Assembly: GCA_017467515.1 (NCBI GenBank)
Contig: JAFUSU010000027.1
Coordinates: 51,099-115,098, forward strand
Reading direction: 5' to 3'
Source of the DNA: Alphaproteobacteria bacterium
GTDB taxonomy: Bacteria; Pseudomonadota; Alphaproteobacteria; RF32; CAG-239
Length of the DNA: 64,000 nucleotides
Part shown: one piece after another, positions 61,088-64,000 of the stretch
How positions within the stretch are numbered: position 1 is the stretch's first letter
Layout of the letters: each line of letters starts with the position of its first letter
The notes under the pieces: model-generated
What the model saw: the letters and a program-made list of their open reading frames with translations, nothing else
Told to the model about the DNA's origin: nothing
The model's database searches: none
Made by a program: the position numbers and the translations under genes

Positions 61088-62773
61088 ATGACAAATACTG
61101 AATTTAAAATCCCTGAAACAAATGAAAACTTTGCCGAATTACTCAATGAACAATTCGGAGAAGATTCTTTAACCGGTTCTGTTGTTAAGGGAACTGTTAT
61201 TCGTTTAACTCCTGATTTTGCAATGGTTGATGTCGGTTTGAAATCTGAAGGCCGCATTCCTTTGCGTGAATTTGGTCAAAATCCTGAACTCAACGTTGGT
61301 GATCAAATCGAAGTTTACGTTGACAGATATGAAGATAAAGACGGACAAATTGTTTTATCTCGTGAAAAAGCTCGCCGTGAAGAAGTATGGCAAGATTTGG
61401 AAAAATGCCTCAACTCCGGTGAACGCGTTAACGGAATTATTTTCGGTCGTGTTAAAGGCGGCTTTACCGTTGACTTGAACGGCGCTATTGCTTTCTTACC
61501 GGGTTCTCAAATTGATATTCGTCCGATCCGTGACATTACACCGTTAATGGGCATTTCTCAACCTTTCCAAATTTTGAAAATGGATAAAGTAAGAGGAAAT
61601 ATCGTTGTTTCTCGCCGTGTTGTCCTTGAAGAAACTCGTGCTGAAGCTCGCGCTGAACTCATCGGCGACCTTAAAGAAGGTTCTATTCTTGACGGTGTTG
61701 TTAAAAATATTACTGACTACGGTGCATTCATTGACTTGGGCGGCGTTGATGGTTTATTACACGTTACCGATATTTCTTGGAAACGTATCAACCACCCTGC
61801 TGAAGTTTTATCTGTCGGTCAAACAGTTAAAGTACAAGTTATCAAATTCAATGAAGACAATCAACGCATCAGCTTGGGTATGAAACAACTTGAAAATGAC
61901 CCATGGCAAAATGTTGCTGATAAATTTAAAGTTGGCGATATTTGCACAGGTAAAGTTACAAATATTACAGATTATGGTGCATTTGTTGAATTAGAAGACG
62001 GTATTGAAGGTCTTGTTCACGTTTCTGAAATGAGCTGGACACGCAAAAACGTACACCCGGGTAAAATTGTTTCTACTTCTCAGGAAGTTGAAGTTAAAGT
62101 CCTTGAAGTTGATGCAGATAAACGTCGTATTTCATTGGGTATCAAACAATGCACACCAAATCCTTGGGCTGCTTATATTGAAGAACACCCGGTCGGATCA
62201 ATTATTGAAGGTAAAATCAAAAACATTACCGAATTCGGTCTGTTTGTTGGTTTATCTGATGAAATTGACGGTATGATTCATTTATCCGATATCTCTTGGG
62301 ATAAAGCAGGCGAAGAAGCCGTTAAAGATTATACAAAGGGTCAAGACATTCAAGCTAAAATCATTGATGTTGATGTTGAAAAAGAACGTATCAGCCTCGG
62401 CATTAAACAATTAAGCGAAGAAGCCGTTGCCGGTGCTCTTGAAAGCCTGAAAAAAGGTGATGTTGTTAAAGCAACCATTACAGCTGTTGAAGATAAAGGC
62501 GTTGTTGTTGATGTTAACGGTTTAACCGCAAACATCAAAAAGGCAGACTTATCTAAAGAAAAAGCAAACCAAAACCTCGACAATTATCACGAAGGTGATG
62601 TTTTAGAGGCTAAAGTTACTTCTGTCGATAAGAAAAACGCTAAGATCGGCTTGTCTGTAAAAGCTCTTGAAATTGAAGAAGAAAAGAAAGCTTTAGAAGA
62701 ATATTCTAATTCTGACTCTTCTAACTCAGCTTTAGGAGATGCTTTAGGTAAAGCCTTAAAGAAAAACGCTTAA
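61088..62773 (+). CDS. rpsA: 30S ribosomal protein S1
   Basis: Six S1 repeats with GxV.G.V..I..FGAFV blocks. Start taken at MTNTEFKIPE (ATG 61088); the track's ORF begins at 60992. Confidence 0.95.
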   Translation: MTNTEFKIPETNENFAELLNEQFGEDSLTGSVVKGTVIRLTPDFAMVDVGLKSEGRIPLREFGQNPELNVGDQIEVYVDRYEDKDGQIVLSREKARREEVWQDLEKCLNSGERVNGIIFGRVKGGFTVDLNGAIAFLPGSQIDIRPIRDITPLMGISQPFQILKMDKVRGNIVVSRRVVLEETRAEARAELIGDLKEGSILDGVVKNITDYGAFIDLGGVDGLLHVTDISWKRINHPAEVLSVGQTVKVQVIKFNEDNQRISLGMKQLENDPWQNVADKFKVGDICTGKVTNITDYGAFVELEDGIEGLVHVSEMSWTRKNVHPGKIVSTSQEVEVKVLEVDADKRRISLGIKQCTPNPWAAYIEEHPVGSIIEGKIKNITEFGLFVGLSDEIDGMIHLSDISWDKAGEEAVKDYTKGQDIQAKIIDVDVEKERISLGIKQLSEEAVAGALESLKKGDVVKATITAVEDKGVVVDVNGLTANIKKADLSKEKANQNLDNYHEGDVLEAKVTSVDKKNAKIGLSVKALEIEEEKKALEEYSNSDSSNSALGDALGKALKKNA

Positions 62774-62954
62774 TCTTTTATATTAAGCAAATAAGCCCTC
62801 TCAGACTAATTGCCTGAGGGGGTTTTATTATCAAAAAAATTATTTTTTATAAAGAGTAAAATTCTCAAGAAAATCAATGCCTAAACTATATAATATTTTA
62901 TATAAAGTATATGATTTTGGATTTTGCTTAGCATTTTCTATTTGATTAATTGAT

Positions 62955-63437
62955 TTGTTATCGTCAAGCTTTTGGAACAATAGAAATTTACTCAACATTA
63001 TGGGCGGACATCATTGCATAGATAATGGGATGAAATCTGTTGATGAAATAGAAGCTTATTTCTGCGCAGAAAACATAAATAAAGAAGATATTTGTCATAA
63101 TGTACTTATTGTTAATATTAATAAGACATATGCCCTGTTAGATAACATTTACGAAAGCACCCGCAAAAGCTGGGCTATAAGTGAGAAAACAACGAAAAAT
63201 ATTGAACTGGTTATTAGCGAATACCGAGGAGTATTTAGAAAAGTTTACAAACCGCTTAAATGGTATAAAGATGAAACTGCCACTAAAAGGACAAGATGGA
63301 TATTTGATGGTATAGATGTTTCAGATAAATATCCTCAATATATTAATAAGCACAATAACTTTAAAAAAAGAGGGAATATAAGTCCTACTCAAATTATATG
63401 GGGTAGAAAACAATATCTTTTAGGAGGTATAAAATAA
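62955..63437 (+). CDS. Hypothetical protein (160 aa)
   Basis: ORF only; lower local GC and no SD; no recognisable domain. Confidence 0.4.
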   Translation: MLSSSFWNNRNLLNIMGGHHCIDNGMKSVDEIEAYFCAENINKEDICHNVLIVNINKTYALLDNIYESTRKSWAISEKTTKNIELVISEYRGVFRKVYKPLKWYKDETATKRTRWIFDGIDVSDKYPQYINKHNNFKKRGNISPTQIIWGRKQYLLGGIK

Positions 63438-64000
63438 ATGAAAAAATTTCTAGATTGGTTAATTATGATTATTTGCGCTATGATAATTTTTCCATATGAT
63501 GGAGATAGCTGACATCAATTTTTACTTCTTCATTATCATTCTCCGCATATTTTGTCAGAGCCTTATCATCATTACTCGATTTTAGTCCTTAAACATATCT
63601 AAACCGCTCATATTCATGCTTACAGATTTACCTGCAACTTTTTGAGGCTTATAGGGCTCAGCTTTGGCACCGGCAGTTATAATCTTCTCCTCTTTAATAT
63701 ATTTTAACTATCGCTATATACGATATAGGTATGAGGTGTAAAATGAAAAAATTGTTTTAAGTTTTATTTGTTTCTTAACAGCTTGTAGCTCCATATTCGG
63801 TTATAATAAGGAGTTTAAAAATCCTATTTTCAATCAACCATTGAGACCATTAAGCAAGACATCAACTTGGACTTACTTGACACCGACATCATATGTTTCA
63901 ATGACTCCTTTAGATAAAAATAAGATTGATACACGAGGCAAATGCGACCTTGTTGAAAATAAACAAGATCGCATTACTTTGAAATGTAGGCTTGAAGAGC

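Overview
This window looks like a low-GC (roughly one-third G+C by eye) Gram-negative chromosome segment, probably from a reduced or host-associated lineage, and is mostly housekeeping genes.

Minus-strand genes, in coordinate order:
- a partial signal-peptide CDS at the window edge, an EnvC-like M23 protein, gpmI, a class A PBP;
- a CCA-adding enzyme, a methyltransferase-like protein, holA, lptE, leuS and a lipoprotein;
- rplL-rplJ-rplA-rplK, a membrane protein, an OMP-like protein and tRNA-Gly(GCC);
- groEL-groES, a NaChBac-type voltage-gated channel, a prepilin peptidase and htpG;
- def, nusB, nrdR, murF and tRNA-Ala(GGC);
- metK, a CbpA-type DnaJ, two small secreted proteins, a LuxR-family response regulator and rsmE.

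Plus-strand genes, in coordinate order:
- two hypotheticals, polA, a secreted hypothetical, rlmN and a DUF378 protein;
- rsmB, three hypotheticals, then two tandem type IV pilin-like paralogues followed by a membrane protein;
- a ferredoxin and typA;
- dnaE, two paralogous membrane proteins, nagA and a YgiW-like protein;
- an ELM1-like protein, cmk, rpsA and one further hypothetical.

Non-housekeeping structure:
- A ~2.9 kb insertion lies between typA and def. It holds three degenerate direct-repeat modules, each a terminator-like hairpin plus a conserved peptide-coding stub. They are interleaved with three paralogous small 3-TM proteins (identical C-termini, variable N-terminal halves) and copies or fragments of a lysine-rich 112-aa ORF. 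This resembles an orphan toxin/bacteriocin-tip plus immunity array and is my top candidate for an undescribed system.
- The two pilin paralogues have identical ends and a diversified centre.
- A family of hairpins carries a conserved inner palindrome, YGTAC-N6-7-GTACR, with outer stems that co-vary. Copies sit in intergenic regions next to rRNA/translation, chaperone and replication genes, including three tandem copies in the rplA-rplJ leader and a 119-bp tandem repeat after rlmN.
- Both tRNA genes carry a nearby direct duplication of their 3' end plus the adjacent terminator, with tRNA fragments and GC-rich patches between. These look like scars of integrative elements.

Genome reduction or shuffling is suggested by nrdR abutting nusB with no rib operon, murF lying outside a dcw cluster, and rplKAJL lacking nusG/secE upstream and rpoBC downstream.

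All functional calls come from motif or family recognition by eye; no database searches were possible.
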